33,874 nt of DNA from Nitrosotalea sp. GTDB lineage: Archaea; Thermoproteota; Nitrososphaeria; Nitrososphaerales; Nitrosopumilaceae. Location of the stretch: contig JBOGQX010000030.1 in the NCBI GenBank assembly GCA_050749285.1, positions 1 to 33,874 on the forward strand, written 5' to 3'. The notes under the pieces were generated by a model, which saw nothing but the letters and a program-made list of their open reading frames with translations, was not told the origin of the DNA and did not search any database. Each line of letters opens with the position of its first letter. Positions within the stretch are counted from its first letter, which is position 1. A program made the translations under genes and the position numbers. Shown here one piece after another: positions 1-9,393 of this stretch.

Positions 1-2
1 AG

Positions 3-347
3 AATGTACCAAATGAATCATGTGCAATTCTGTTCGGTAAAAGTGAGAACACACGTTTTCTAACAAAAGAAGTGTTCTTAGCCAAGAATGTGGAACAATC
101 ACCAGTTAGTTTTACCATATCAAATGATGATTTGATAAGTGCGTACGGACAAGCTGAAAAGAAGAATTTAGAAATTATTGGAGTTTTTCATTCTCATCCT
201 GATTCAGCAGCATATCCATCTACTACCGACCGAAAATACATGGAAATAAATCCTGTTCCCTGGGTCATCTTTTCAAATATTACTGACGAGTTTAGAGGTT
301 ATATCTTGGAATCCACAGTTGTTCCGATAGTTGTAACAGTGCTTTAG
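3..347 (+). CDS. JAMM/MPN+ domain metalloprotease, 5' end cut by window edge
   Basis: The frame is open from nt 3 (NVPNESCAILFGK...) into the listed 72..347 ORF. The JAMM zinc motif HSHPDSAAYPSTTD (HxHx7Sx2D) is present. Confidence 0.8.
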   Translation, partial: NVPNESCAILFGKSENTRFLTKEVFLAKNVEQSPVSFTISNDDLISAYGQAEKKNLEIIGVFHSHPDSAAYPSTTDRKYMEINPVPWVIFSNITDEFRGYILESTVVPIVVTVL

Positions 348-351
348 GGCA

Positions 352-450
352 TCATTTGTGTATGTTCTTTTTGTGTCTCTCAAAGTGTTCTTTATCAACA
401 AATGTTGCACTGCATTCTTTGCACCGTATCTCAGTCTTTTGACCTAACAA
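352..450 (-). CDS. 32-codon micro-ORF encoding one classical C2H2 zinc finger (TTG start)
   Basis: My own translation gives (L)LGQKTEIRCKECSATFVDKEHFERHKKNIHK*. It fits C-X2-C-X3-F-X5-hydrophobic-X2-H-X4-H exactly. It lies directly downstream of, and on the same strand as, the 492..884 gene, and is below the 60-aa track cutoff. Confidence 0.4.
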   Translation of the reverse strand: MLGQKTEIRCKECSATFVDKEHFERHKKNIHK

Positions 451-491
451 CGGGTACTAAAGGACATAACTTACGTAAAAAGCTGATCATA

Positions 492-884
492 TCAGGCATG
501 AAGTCTAAACGTAACCTCCAAACCATCTCTTACATCTTTTAAAAAATTCTTATCTGTCTTGGCAATTTTTCCCATAACATTTACTGGCGAATATGGCTTT
601 ATTTCACCGCTCTTGCCAATAGGAGTAGGCCCAAAGAAAAGACAGATCGCCTTTCCTTGTGGCCAGTATGCAACATCCATCAAATCAACTAAAGATTTTG
701 AATTTTCAAGACCGACTTTTACAGGAGTTTCATCCGTGTAAAGTTCCTTGCCCCATACGTTTATTCCCACACGTAGGGGCAAGAAATCTAGAAACGAACT
801 AATTGTTTTTGGGGCAATCTTGTCATCTAATTCTAGATTTATAGTCTTGAGGTTTGGAAGATCGAGGACCACCTTGTGAATCAT
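492..884 (-). CDS. cyclophilin-like fold protein (TM1367/Cyclophil_like type)
   Basis: 130-aa ORF. The pattern LELDDKIAPKT..F...LP, WGKELY and DVAYWPQGKAICLFFGPTP...PVNVMGKI resembles the Cyclophil_like family from recall. Confidence 0.55.
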   Translation of the reverse strand: MIHKVVLDLPNLKTINLELDDKIAPKTISSFLDFLPLRVGINVWGKELYTDETPVKVGLENSKSLVDLMDVAYWPQGKAICLFFGPTPIGKSGEIKPYSPVNVMGKIAKTDKNFLKDVRDGLEVTFRLHA

Positions 885-937
885 AATAAAAACCTGTGTG
901 GGTTAGAATAAATAATGGTTGTCTATCAATTTGAAAT

Positions 938-1195
938 ATGGAAATTCACGTATACGATACCTATGTAGAAGCAAGCGACGGACATACGATGCACTTTGAC
1001 GTCATTACAAGTGTCAAGGATCATGAAAAGGCAATTCAATATGCAAAAGAATGGCTAAAAACCGTAGGCGAAGGAAATGCTCAAGTGTCCACAGAAGAAT
1101 GCCAGTTTTGCCACTCACAAGGCGCACCAGAACCAATTGCCAAAGAAATCCAAAGCAAGGGATATTTCATCCAGAAGATGGAAGGCTGCCCGTAG
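938..1195 (+). CDS. small conserved protein, DUF2024-like
   Basis: 85-aa ORF. HVYDTYV..DGHTMHFDV, AKEWL, a CQFCHS motif and the ending KMEGCP match my recollection of DUF2024. Confidence 0.5.
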   Translation: MEIHVYDTYVEASDGHTMHFDVITSVKDHEKAIQYAKEWLKTVGEGNAQVSTEECQFCHSQGAPEPIAKEIQSKGYFIQKMEGCP

Positions 1196-1254
1196 ATAAG
1201 TTTTTTTACTATTTTTCCAAACTCTTTTTAGAATGACCCGTATTATCTGAATTT

Positions 1255-1446
1255 GTGACTAAAAAAAGTACATACAGCAAGCTTACGGTAGAAGGAGAGA
1301 TACAGACTAGATGGATTTGCGGTTGTTTTGAAACCATCGATGGTTTCTTCAAATTTTGTCCAGAACATAATGAAGCCATGAGGAAGACCATAGAGGCTCA
1401 AATTGATGAGCTTGATATGACTATGGTGATCGACGAGAAAGACTAG
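1255..1446 (+). CDS. hypothetical small Cys-containing protein (GTG start)
   Basis: 63-aa ORF in an otherwise gene-free gap, with a possible metal-binding CGC...FCPEH pattern. No family recognised. Confidence 0.3.
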   Translation: MTKKSTYSKLTVEGEIQTRWICGCFETIDGFFKFCPEHNEAMRKTIEAQIDELDMTMVIDEKD

Positions 1447-1451
1447 GCGAC

Positions 1452-3485
1452 TTAAAGAACTACTAACGCGATAAACGCAGAGACGAATACTATTGCAACT
1501 GTATTCAGCAGTTTTATCACAGTGTTAAGAGCTGGTCCTGCCGTGTCTTTGTACGGGTCCCCGATTATGTCTCCTACAATCGCTATCTTGTGTTCTTCAG
1601 TTCCTTTTTGTTTGTTAATTTCCATGTACTTTTTGGCATTATCCCATGCACCACCAGTATTTGCCAGATGGAATGCCAAGAATATTCCAGTAATTACGGC
1701 ACCCATTAAAAGCCCAACTACTGCAGATGGACCTAAAATTATGCCAAGAATTATTGGGGCTGCAATTGTTATGGTTGCAGATTTCCAAAGTTCACGCAAT
1801 GAAGCTACTGTTGCAACATCTACACATTTTGCATAGTCAGGTTTTGTTTTACCTGTTAGAATTTCTGGAGTTTCTTTGAATTGTCGCCTTACTTCTTCTA
1901 CCATCTTCGAAGCTGCCCTTGCTACTGCTGAAATAAGCTGACTAGTAATAAAGAAAGGCAGTAGACCCCCCACAAGCAATCCTACAACTACTGCAGGGTT
2001 TGAAAGACTATAATCGAAAACGTGATGAAATATTTTTCCTGCCTCATATTGAAATGCTTGAATCATAGCTAAAGCAGCTAGGCCGGCACTTGCAATTGCA
2101 AAACCTTTGGTCACTGCCTTTGTAGTATTTCCTACTGCATCAATTTCATCTGTAACCTTACGATTTTCTTCTCCCATGCCGGTCATCTCTACAATTCCGC
2201 CGGCATTGTCACTGATAGGACCAAATGCATCTATACTCAATACAATTCCTGCAAGGCTCAGCATTGCCATGGCAGTAAGTGAAGTGCCAAAGATTCCATA
2301 AAGTACAGATTGCGAGGGATCCGGTGCTGCAGATGATGCTAGTACATATGACGTAGCTAAAGCAATAACGATGGCAATCATAAATGGACCTGTTGAACGC
2401 ATTCCTTGTATTATTCCCATTAGTGTAAGTGATGCATAACCCCATTTTGCAGACTCGGCAATTTCTTGCACTGGTCTGAATCTGTAGCTTGTAAAGTAGT
2501 CCGTTATTCTCTGTATTACTGGCACCAGAATAACTCCTATCACTGTACTGCCAAACAGTGCATATGCAATAGGTGTATGGCCAAGGAACAGATATGTGAA
2601 AACAAAATTAAGTGCAATTGCTATTGCGGCAGAAACATAAAATGCATTTGCAAGAGGCTTGTTGACATCAGTCATTTTTCTTGGACCTATGGTTGCAATG
2701 CCAATAATAGATGCCAGTAACCCTGAGGCGCCAATTAACATCGGATAAAACAAGTTCTGAGGAGTTCCAATCAGTCCGGCAATAAGTAATGATGCAAGCA
2801 TGGTTACTATATAAGATTCATAAATATCAGATCCCATTCCGGCTGCATCACCTACATTATCTCCTACGTTATCAGCAATTGTTGCGGGATTTCGTGGGTC
2901 ATCTTCGGGAATGTTTGCTTCTACCTTTCCTACCAAGTCTGCGCCCATGTCTGCAGCCTTTGTGAAAATTCCACCGCCAACTCTGATAAACAAGGCAATC
3001 AAACTAGCACCTATCCCAACTCCTGCAATTGTAATAGGACTTGGGAATGCAAAATAGAGCAAGCTCATGCCCAAAAGGGCCATAGCTGGTACTGCCAGCC
3101 CTACTGTTGCCCCACCCCTAAATGCAAGGGCAAAGGTGTGCCCGAGTCCTTTTCCTGATGCGTTTGCAGCGCGTACTGCAGCCTTTACTGTAATTTTAAG
3201 TGAGATCAATCCTGCAATGGCTGAAAGTCCAGCGCCAACTGAAAAAGCAATGCCGTTAGTAGATCCAATTGCTGCACCGATCAACACTGCAAGACCTACA
3301 GCTACAGGAATAACAATTTTAAACTCTCTTCTCAAAAAGGCCATTGCGCCTACCCCCACAGCATTTGAGATATCTAGCATCTGTTGTGTTCCAGGTTTTT
3401 GTTTAGACACCCATGCTGCAAGGACTGCGGCAATAATAAAAGCAATAATTGACGCACCGACAGGAATTATTTCTTTGAGCGTCAT
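1452..3485 (-). CDS. hppA: membrane-bound H+-translocating pyrophosphatase, K+-independent type
   Basis: 677-aa polytopic ORF with GGIFTKAADMGADLVGKVE, EDDPRNPATIADNVGDNVGD and GGAWDNAKKY. GNTTKAVTKG carries Lys rather than Ala, which marks the K+-independent class. Confidence 0.97.
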   Translation of the reverse strand: MTLKEIIPVGASIIAFIIAAVLAAWVSKQKPGTQQMLDISNAVGVGAMAFLRREFKIVIPVAVGLAVLIGAAIGSTNGIAFSVGAGLSAIAGLISLKITVKAAVRAANASGKGLGHTFALAFRGGATVGLAVPAMALLGMSLLYFAFPSPITIAGVGIGASLIALFIRVGGGIFTKAADMGADLVGKVEANIPEDDPRNPATIADNVGDNVGDAAGMGSDIYESYIVTMLASLLIAGLIGTPQNLFYPMLIGASGLLASIIGIATIGPRKMTDVNKPLANAFYVSAAIAIALNFVFTYLFLGHTPIAYALFGSTVIGVILVPVIQRITDYFTSYRFRPVQEIAESAKWGYASLTLMGIIQGMRSTGPFMIAIVIALATSYVLASSAAPDPSQSVLYGIFGTSLTAMAMLSLAGIVLSIDAFGPISDNAGGIVEMTGMGEENRKVTDEIDAVGNTTKAVTKGFAIASAGLAALAMIQAFQYEAGKIFHHVFDYSLSNPAVVVGLLVGGLLPFFITSQLISAVARAASKMVEEVRRQFKETPEILTGKTKPDYAKCVDVATVASLRELWKSATITIAAPIILGIILGPSAVVGLLMGAVITGIFLAFHLANTGGAWDNAKKYMEINKQKGTEEHKIAIVGDIIGDPYKDTAGPALNTVIKLLNTVAIVFVSAFIALVVL

Positions 3486-3534
3486 TTACTGGTTTTGTGC
3501 CTATTTGCGGTAAATATAAACCATTTTAGAACAT

Positions 3535-3900
3535 CTATTTTCTTTTTTTGTACGGTGCAAAAGTTTTGCCAGCAAGACCTTGTCTTACTAGCTTGTTGAA
3601 CCGTTTACCATGACTAAGATACTGAAAACGCATGTGAATCAGCTCATGCACCAAAGTATTTTCCAATGTTTTTTCATCAGGAATCTTTTTCATGTTTATA
3701 AATATGAGATTATGTTGCAAATAGGAAACGCCCAAGTATTTGTAGGCAGAAGTTCTTCTTCCTTGAGTTATTTCTTTTGGCATTTCAAGTACCTCTTTTG
3801 TGGTAAACAAAATTTTTGGTTCCTGAATACCAAATCTGTTTGAGTAAATTCCAACCTTCTCAAGAATTCTTAGTCTGAGATCTGCATCAAGTCTCATCAA
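3535..3900 (-). CDS. small HExxH zinc-metallopeptidase-fold protein (YgjP/DUF45- or SprT-like)
   Basis: 121-aa ORF with HELIHMRFQYLSHGKRFNKL (HExxH followed by H...F, as in YgjP-type hydrolases). It is shorter than typical family members. Confidence 0.45.
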   Translation of the reverse strand: MMRLDADLRLRILEKVGIYSNRFGIQEPKILFTTKEVLEMPKEITQGRRTSAYKYLGVSYLQHNLIFINMKKIPDEKTLENTLVHELIHMRFQYLSHGKRFNKLVRQGLAGKTFAPYKKRK

Positions 3901-4064
3901 GTTGATGATTTTAAAAATAGTAGTTTAATTCGTGTTGTCAAAAATCATGTCCGAAGTAGTATATTTTTTCAGGTTAACCAAAAAAGTAGTTATTCGGGGT
4001 CAGAAATTGTGTAGTTTAATCACAAATCATACAGCCACCGTGACATCATCCCCCTACAACTATT

Positions 4065-4559
4065 CTAAGTCATGGAATTCATGATTGCCTTTGCCTTATT
4101 TCTTATCTCCTCATTAATCTTAACAATGACCAGACCTTCATTAGGTTGACCATACATAACTATAGAATTCTCCGGTGCAAATAATACAACAGGAAGAACA
4201 AGCAAATCCTCTTCACCCTTTACTATTATGCGCACAGGCTTGTCCATATCAAATCCTTGTTTTATGATAGTAATGCTATCATCAGTAATTTCTGCTGGCG
4301 GGTTGTTACAGGTAAGAGATGTTTTTACCATTCCTCCGGGCAAATTTCTTTGTTGCCTTTTTTCTAATGAATCGACTATTTGCAATGATGGAATTATTCC
4401 AAGTTTAATCATTCTCTCTGTAGTTGCGTCGCCAACTGTTATTAGAAACGCATTCTGTTCCATATTTTTAAGAACAATGTCTTTTGTAATCTCTGAATCT
4501 TTTAGTAACTGTCCAAGAGGTTTTTTGAGATTTTCGCGCAGATTTTCCGGCAGATGCAC
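4065..4559 (-). CDS. GTP-dependent dephospho-CoA kinase (DUF359/UPF0218 family)
   Basis: 164-aa ORF. L..NLKKPLGQL, ITVGDATTE..IKLGIIP, IVDSLEKRQ and KGEEDLLVLP match the archaeal DUF359 pattern. Confidence 0.7.
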   Translation of the reverse strand: MHLPENLRENLKKPLGQLLKDSEITKDIVLKNMEQNAFLITVGDATTERMIKLGIIPSLQIVDSLEKRQQRNLPGGMVKTSLTCNNPPAEITDDSITIIKQGFDMDKPVRIIVKGEEDLLVLPVVLFAPENSIVMYGQPNEGLVIVKINEEIRNKAKAIMNSMT

Positions 4560-4578
4560 AAGATACCTTTGTTTTGTT

Positions 4579-5667
4579 CTATTTTTGTGTAGCTACTTCA
4601 GCCTTCATTTCTTCATTCAGTTGAGAAGCTATCACACTACATCTAGCTGCAATATTCTTTGCCACAGTCATAAATGATTGAGCATGAGAGGAATTTGGAT
4701 CAGTGACCAGTACAGGCCTACCGCTGTCTGACCCTTCCATGATTCCAGGATTAAGAGGAATCTCACCAAGGAATGGAAGATCATATTTTTCACTCATTCT
4801 CTTTGCACCGCTATGTCCAAAGAGATAATGTTTAGTATCACATGTTTGGCAAATGAAATAGCTCATGTTTTCTATAACTCCTATAATTGGCACATTCAGT
4901 TTTTGGAACATGCCAAATGCTTTTACTGCAACATTACTTGCCACTTCTTGTGGAGTGGTTACTACCACTATGCCGGTAATTGGAATAGTTTGAGCCAGTG
5001 TTAATGGAATATCTCCTGTTCCTGGAGGGAGGTCAACTATCAGATAGTCAAGGTCACTCCAATTGGTGTCAACCAAAAATTGTTTTAGAATTCCTGAAAT
5101 TATGGGACCCCTGTAAATTGCCGCTTGATGGTCTTGATCTGCAAAAAATCCAAATGAGACCACTTTCAATCCATGTGATTCAGTAGGTTGCAATTTGTTA
5201 TTTTCAACCTCCATTGCAGATTTACCCATGCCAAGCATTAGTGGAACACTTGGTCCGTAGATATCTGCATCAAGAACTCCAACTTTTGCACCTGTCTGTG
5301 CAAGAGCTAGTGCAAGATTTACAGAAACAGTAGTCTTGCCTACTCCTCCCTTACCACTTGCAACACCAATAATATTTTTAACAGTAGGCAACAGTTCATC
5401 CATACTAAGTGCACGTCCTTCCATAACTTTAGCAGTAACTTTCAAGTCGATTTTAGAAATTCCTTGAATCTTTGAAACTGCGTTTCTGACATCCTGTTCT
5501 ATCTGATCATTGAACGGACATGCTGGAGTAGTTAATTCTAGTGTAAACTTGATATCATTATTGTTTATCTCCAGATCTTTAATCATGCCCATAGAAACAA
5601 TGTCTTTCTTTAGATCTGGATCGATTACTGTACTCAGCTTTTGCAGAACCTCATCGACTGATACCAT
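4579..5667 (-). CDS. Mrp/NBP35/ApbC-type Fe-S cluster carrier ATPase with N-terminal DUF59 domain
   Basis: Deviant Walker A GKGGVGKTT. N-terminal DPDLKKDIVSMGMIKD (DUF59/MIP18-like). C-terminal CQTC CxxC motif. Confidence 0.9.
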   Translation of the reverse strand: MVSVDEVLQKLSTVIDPDLKKDIVSMGMIKDLEINNNDIKFTLELTTPACPFNDQIEQDVRNAVSKIQGISKIDLKVTAKVMEGRALSMDELLPTVKNIIGVASGKGGVGKTTVSVNLALALAQTGAKVGVLDADIYGPSVPLMLGMGKSAMEVENNKLQPTESHGLKVVSFGFFADQDHQAAIYRGPIISGILKQFLVDTNWSDLDYLIVDLPPGTGDIPLTLAQTIPITGIVVVTTPQEVASNVAVKAFGMFQKLNVPIIGVIENMSYFICQTCDTKHYLFGHSGAKRMSEKYDLPFLGEIPLNPGIMEGSDSGRPVLVTDPNSSHAQSFMTVAKNIAARCSVIASQLNEEMKAEVATQK

Positions 5668-5764
5668 ATGATAAAAAATTCTCTTTACGATATTTAAACC
5701 AAAGCAAAAATAGCAGACATGCTATCCAAAGATTCATAAATTCAATATTAATCAGTTTTTTTGG

Positions 5765-6409
5765 ATGTTTTCTATATCAACCCTTACTGATGTAGTTAGA
5801 GTTCCTCCAAAATTGTTCGGTGAGTCGCTAAAGAAGGCTGCCTCCACAATATTGAGAGAAAAATATGAGAGCATGATAAATCCAGAACTTGGTTATGTTA
5901 TAATGATTTTAGATACCAAAGTAGAGAAGATGGGCAAGATAATAGCTGGAGACGGAGGCACTTATCATAGAGTAGAGTTCACAGCTCTAACATTCTATCC
6001 AAAGCTCCAAGAAATTGTCAGAGGTGAAATTGTCGAAATCACAGACTTTGGAGCATTTGTAAGAATTGGTGCAACAGACGCTCTACTACATCTTTCTCAG
6101 ATAATGGATGATTATCTTAAGAGCGACGTCAAAGCTGGATTAATTTTAGCAAATCAAAGTGGAAGAACCATGAAGATTGGTACTACTCTACGAGCAAGGA
6201 TAACTGCAGTATCTCTTGGCAAGACTGCTGCAATGAAAGTTGGAATTACCTGCAGACAGCCTTTTCTTGGAGCTGATGAATGGATTGAGGAGGAGATAAA
6301 GAAAGCAAAAGCTCCGCAAGCACAACCAGAGAAAGTCAAAAAGCCGGTAGAAGCCAAGGCTTCACATGCACAACCAGAGAAAGCCAAGAAGCCGGTAGAA
6401 GCCAAGTGA
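5765..6409 (+). CDS. rpoE: DNA-directed RNA polymerase subunit Rpo7 (E') with repeat-derived C-terminal tail
   Basis: An RPB7-like N-terminus is followed by an S1 domain (GEIVEITDFGAFVRIGATDALLHLSQI). The C-terminus carries a duplicated AQPEK.KKPVEAK tail. Confidence 0.9.
   Translation: MFSISTLTDVVRVPPKLFGESLKKAASTILREKYESMINPELGYVIMILDTKVEKMGKIIAGDGGTYHRVEFTALTFYPKLQEIVRGEIVEITDFGAFVRIGATDALLHLSQIMDDYLKSDVKAGLILANQSGRTMKIGTTLRARITAVSLGKTAAMKVGITCRQPFLGADEWIEEEIKKAKAPQAQPEKVKKPVEAKASHAQPEKAKKPVEAK
6311..6406 (+). repeat. 48-bp tandem duplication (2 copies) inside the 3' end of rpo7
   Basis: 6311-6358 gctccgcaagcacaaccagagaaagtcaaaaagccggtagaagccaag versus 6359-6406 gcttcacatgcacaaccagagaaagccaagaagccggtagaagccaag. 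There are only a few mismatches, the copies are in frame, and the stop codon follows directly. Confidence 0.9.
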
Positions 6410-6415
6410 TAGAGA

Positions 6416-6604
6416 ATGGTAAAGGAAATGGCTTGTCGCAAATGCAAACATGTAACTATTGGCAAGGTATGCCCAATATGCAAATCATCTGATTTAACAC
6501 CTGACTGGCGTGGTGCTGTTCTTATTGTTGATCCAATAAATTCAGTAGTTGCAAAATCCTTAGGAATAACTGAAAAAGGAAAATACGCACTCAAGGTAAC
6601 TTAG
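6416..6604 (+). CDS. spt4: transcription elongation factor Spt4 (RpoE'')
   Basis: 62-aa zinc ribbon (CRKC...CPIC) followed by DWRGAVLIVDP. It sits immediately downstream of rpo7, the usual archaeal arrangement. Confidence 0.85.
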   Translation: MVKEMACRKCKHVTIGKVCPICKSSDLTPDWRGAVLIVDPINSVVAKSLGITEKGKYALKVT

Positions 6605-6605
6605 A

Positions 6606-7433
6606 TTGCACAAACGTGCAAAAAAGGCACTAGAATCATTTCTTGCGGAAGACATCGGCAAAGGAGACATTACAAGTAAACTATTAGGCAAGAAAGAAGT
6701 TTCTGCAAACATTATTTCACGACAGCAAGGAATTGTGGCTGGAGTAAAATATGCTAAAGAAATTTTTGTTTCAAGAAAATGCAAAGTTATTATCTTAAAA
6801 AAAGATGGCCAAAAAATTAAACCAAATGATATGGTCATGAGAATTCGTGGTCCGGCATACTCAATTTTATCATGTGAGAGAATTGCTCTCAACTTGCTCT
6901 CAAGAATGAGTGGAATTGCAACTCAAACCAATGCACTTGTAAAAATGATCAAAAAGGTTAATCTTCATACCGAACTTTATTCAACTAGAAAGACGGCACC
7001 GGGACTTAGATTGTTTGACAAGGAAGCAGTTGAGATTGGCGGAGGAAACAAACACCGAATGTCACTTGATCAAATGATCATGATAAAGGACAATCATATT
7101 GTTGTGGCAAAATCTGTACCGGGATTGATTCGTCTTGCTAAAAAACGCTACAAAACAATTGAGGTCGAAGTTGAAAATCTCAATGATGCGATAACTGCTG
7201 CGATAGAAGGAGCTGCAATTATCATGCTTGACAACATTCCTCCAACTAAGATAAGAAAGATAGTCAAAGTTCTAGAAGGTCTTGGTTTAAGAAAGAAGGT
7301 AAAACTAGAAGCGTCTGGCGGAATAGATACTTCAAATGTAAAATCATACGCAAAATCTGGAGTAGATATGATTTCCATTGGAAAATTAACCAGTTCTGTT
7401 TCAGGTCTAGATTTGAGTCTTGAAGTTAGCTAA
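6606..7433 (+). CDS. nadC: nicotinate-nucleotide pyrophosphorylase (carboxylating)
   Basis: STRKTAPGLR, GGGNKHR, IKDNHI and IIMLDN motifs. TTG start 2 nt after the spt4 stop. Confidence 0.9.
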   Translation: MHKRAKKALESFLAEDIGKGDITSKLLGKKEVSANIISRQQGIVAGVKYAKEIFVSRKCKVIILKKDGQKIKPNDMVMRIRGPAYSILSCERIALNLLSRMSGIATQTNALVKMIKKVNLHTELYSTRKTAPGLRLFDKEAVEIGGGNKHRMSLDQMIMIKDNHIVVAKSVPGLIRLAKKRYKTIEVEVENLNDAITAAIEGAAIIMLDNIPPTKIRKIVKVLEGLGLRKKVKLEASGGIDTSNVKSYAKSGVDMISIGKLTSSVSGLDLSLEVS

Positions 7434-8364
7434 TTGCAAGCATTCTTTCTATAGCTAGTTGTGCTTTCTGAGCTACATTTTTTGGAACTTTAACTTCGTA
7501 TTTTTCTTCCTTTAGAGAGGCGTAAACTTTGTCAAGTGTTATCATCTTCATGTATTTGCATACAGCGGTATCCGACATTGGAATGAATTCTTTGTCAGGA
7601 TTTTGTTTTTTCATTCTGTAAAGTATACCAGTCTCTGTAGCTACCACAAACTGTTTTGCATTGGAATTCTTTGCATGGTTCATCATTCCCTCGGTAGACA
7701 AAACCTGAACCTGCCTGCTACCATAATCACCGCATGAGATATCATACATAATCGATGATGTACAACTACATTCCGGATGAACTAAAAATTCGGCATTTGC
7801 AAATTGCCTCAATTTCTCTTGTACATCCTGAGGTCGTATACCAGCATGTACGTGACACTCCCCTGCCCAGATGTACATGTTTTTTCGGTTAGTCATTTTG
7901 GCCACATATGAGCCCAAAAACATGTCTGGGAGAAAGAGAATTTCCCTGTCATCAGGAATTGATTTTACAACATTAACTGCATTAGATGAGGTACAACAAT
8001 AGTCAAGTTCAGCTTTTACCTCAGCAGTAGTATTTACATATCCGACTGTAACTGCGCCTGGATGTTCATGCTTCCATTTACGAAGCTGATCAGCATTAAT
8101 GGTGTCAGATAGAGAACAGCCAGCTGCAAGATCTGGAATCAAGACTTTTTTGTCTGGGCAAGTGATTGCTGCAGTTTCTGCCATGAAATGGACGCCACAA
8201 AACAAAATGATTTTGTTTTTAGTTTTTGCAGCTTGACGAGAAAGCCCTAACGAGTCCCCTACATAGTCTGCAACATCCTGCACCTCTGGCAGTTGATAGT
8301 TATGAGCCAGAATCAATACGTCTTTTTCCTTCTTCAATCTGAGAATTTCTGATTTTAAATCCAT
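7426..8364 (-). CDS. nadA: quinolinate synthase
   Basis: LILAHNYQ, FCGVHFMAETA and VHPEC motifs. 312 aa. Confidence 0.95.
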   Translation of the reverse strand: MDLKSEILRLKKEKDVLILAHNYQLPEVQDVADYVGDSLGLSRQAAKTKNKIILFCGVHFMAETAAITCPDKKVLIPDLAAGCSLSDTINADQLRKWKHEHPGAVTVGYVNTTAEVKAELDYCCTSSNAVNVVKSIPDDREILFLPDMFLGSYVAKMTNRKNMYIWAGECHVHAGIRPQDVQEKLRQFANAEFLVHPECSCTSSIMYDISCGDYGSRQVQVLSTEGMMNHAKNSNAKQFVVATETGILYRMKKQNPDKEFIPMSDTAVCKYMKMITLDKVYASLKEEKYEVKVPKNVAQKAQLAIERMLAIS

Positions 8365-8459
8365 TTGCCCAAATTCAAATTGGTGACTCTTGTCATTTAA
8401 AGGATCATAAAGATGACAAATTTGTTGTCAAGTAGGAACATTGTGGCAATATTTGCCAT

Positions 8460-9296
8460 TCAAAATCCTATTTGAATTTCAGTGCCACATATCTTTCTCA
8501 AGCATTCTATTGCAGAAAGTATAGCAAGCCTGCTTGTTTTAGGATTATTTTCACTCGGTACATTTTCTACCTTTATTGAAAATTTGCCAAACTTACCTTC
8601 AGCTTGTATCTCATGAGTATTTTTGTCAGTTCGAGGGTCTGCCACTATTCTCACTTTGGTTTTGGTACTACCTATTCCCGCTAAACTAAGAAGAGCTGCA
8701 ACATTGATGTTAGCTGGAAATAACTTGACTGCTTCTTGCGCTGTTCCTTCATATAGGATAGTTGATTCTTTTAACTCGTCGAGATTTATTTTTGAAGTCT
8801 CAAAGAATTTTGCTCCTTTCAATGCCTTTGGATTCTTTGTAGTAACAAGTACTAATGAATCCAATTCATTTTTTACAGCCCTGACACCATCAAGTCCAGT
8901 TATAGCGCCAGATGGAAGATAGACGCTTTTTTTGAAATCTTTACAGCCCTCTATTATTATTTCAAGTATAGATTCATCTAAAAGAGCTCCGACACTCATT
9001 ATCATTAGGTCTTTTCTATTTTGAAGTATGGCTAGTGCATTATCTCTTACTGCGTCTTGAGAAGCTGCCTCTACTATCAAGTCAACTGGAGCAGCGGCAA
9101 GTAACCCCACATTGTCCGTTATTACAGGTTTGTTTTGTAATTTGGACACTAGCTTGCTAGATGCATCTTTTGAAAAGTCATAAACATGAGTAAGTTTTGC
9201 AGGAATTTTTCCTAAATCTATTGCTAGAGCAATTTCTGTGCCTATTGCACCACACCCCAAAAGTCCTATCCTTTTCAAACTAACTACTTTTGGCAA
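8460..9296 (-). CDS. nadX: L-aspartate dehydrogenase
   Basis: N-terminal Rossmann motif IGLLGCGAIGTEIA. Size and architecture match the TM1643 type. It lies directly upstream of nadA on the same strand. Confidence 0.8.
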   Translation of the reverse strand: MPKVVSLKRIGLLGCGAIGTEIALAIDLGKIPAKLTHVYDFSKDASSKLVSKLQNKPVITDNVGLLAAAPVDLIVEAASQDAVRDNALAILQNRKDLMIMSVGALLDESILEIIIEGCKDFKKSVYLPSGAITGLDGVRAVKNELDSLVLVTTKNPKALKGAKFFETSKINLDELKESTILYEGTAQEAVKLFPANINVAALLSLAGIGSTKTKVRIVADPRTDKNTHEIQAEGKFGKFSIKVENVPSENNPKTSRLAILSAIECLRKICGTEIQIGF

Positions 9297-9393
9297 TCCC
9301 CCTTGTTAAATCTGTTATCGGTTTCACATAGAAAGACAGCACAATATTGAATTACATAATTTGTTGAATGTATATGGAGCTCAGGTTTGTAAA

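Noticed and set aside
1522-3513. Several plus-strand ORFs (1522-1836, 2107-2301, 2466-2720, 3067-3513; up to 148 aa) lie inside the pyrophosphatase locus.
   Set aside because: They are entirely antisense to the motif-rich hppA CDS. Their translations are low-complexity Ala/Pro/Cys-rich mirror-frame artefacts.
3947-4084. 45-codon plus-strand ORF (MSEVVYFFRLTKK...) in the gap between the HExxH gene and the DPCK gene.
   Set aside because: It has no recognisable motif, it overlaps the DPCK 3' end and its composition is not protein-like. I cannot support it.
4228-4677. 149-aa plus-strand ORF.
   Set aside because: It is antisense to the well-supported DUF359 kinase and the Mrp 3' end, and the sequence is Ser/Phe/Cys-rich junk.
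6154-6892. Minus-strand ORFs of 146 aa and 110 aa across rpo7, spt4 and nadC.
   Set aside because: They are antisense to three motif-supported genes and show no domain signatures.
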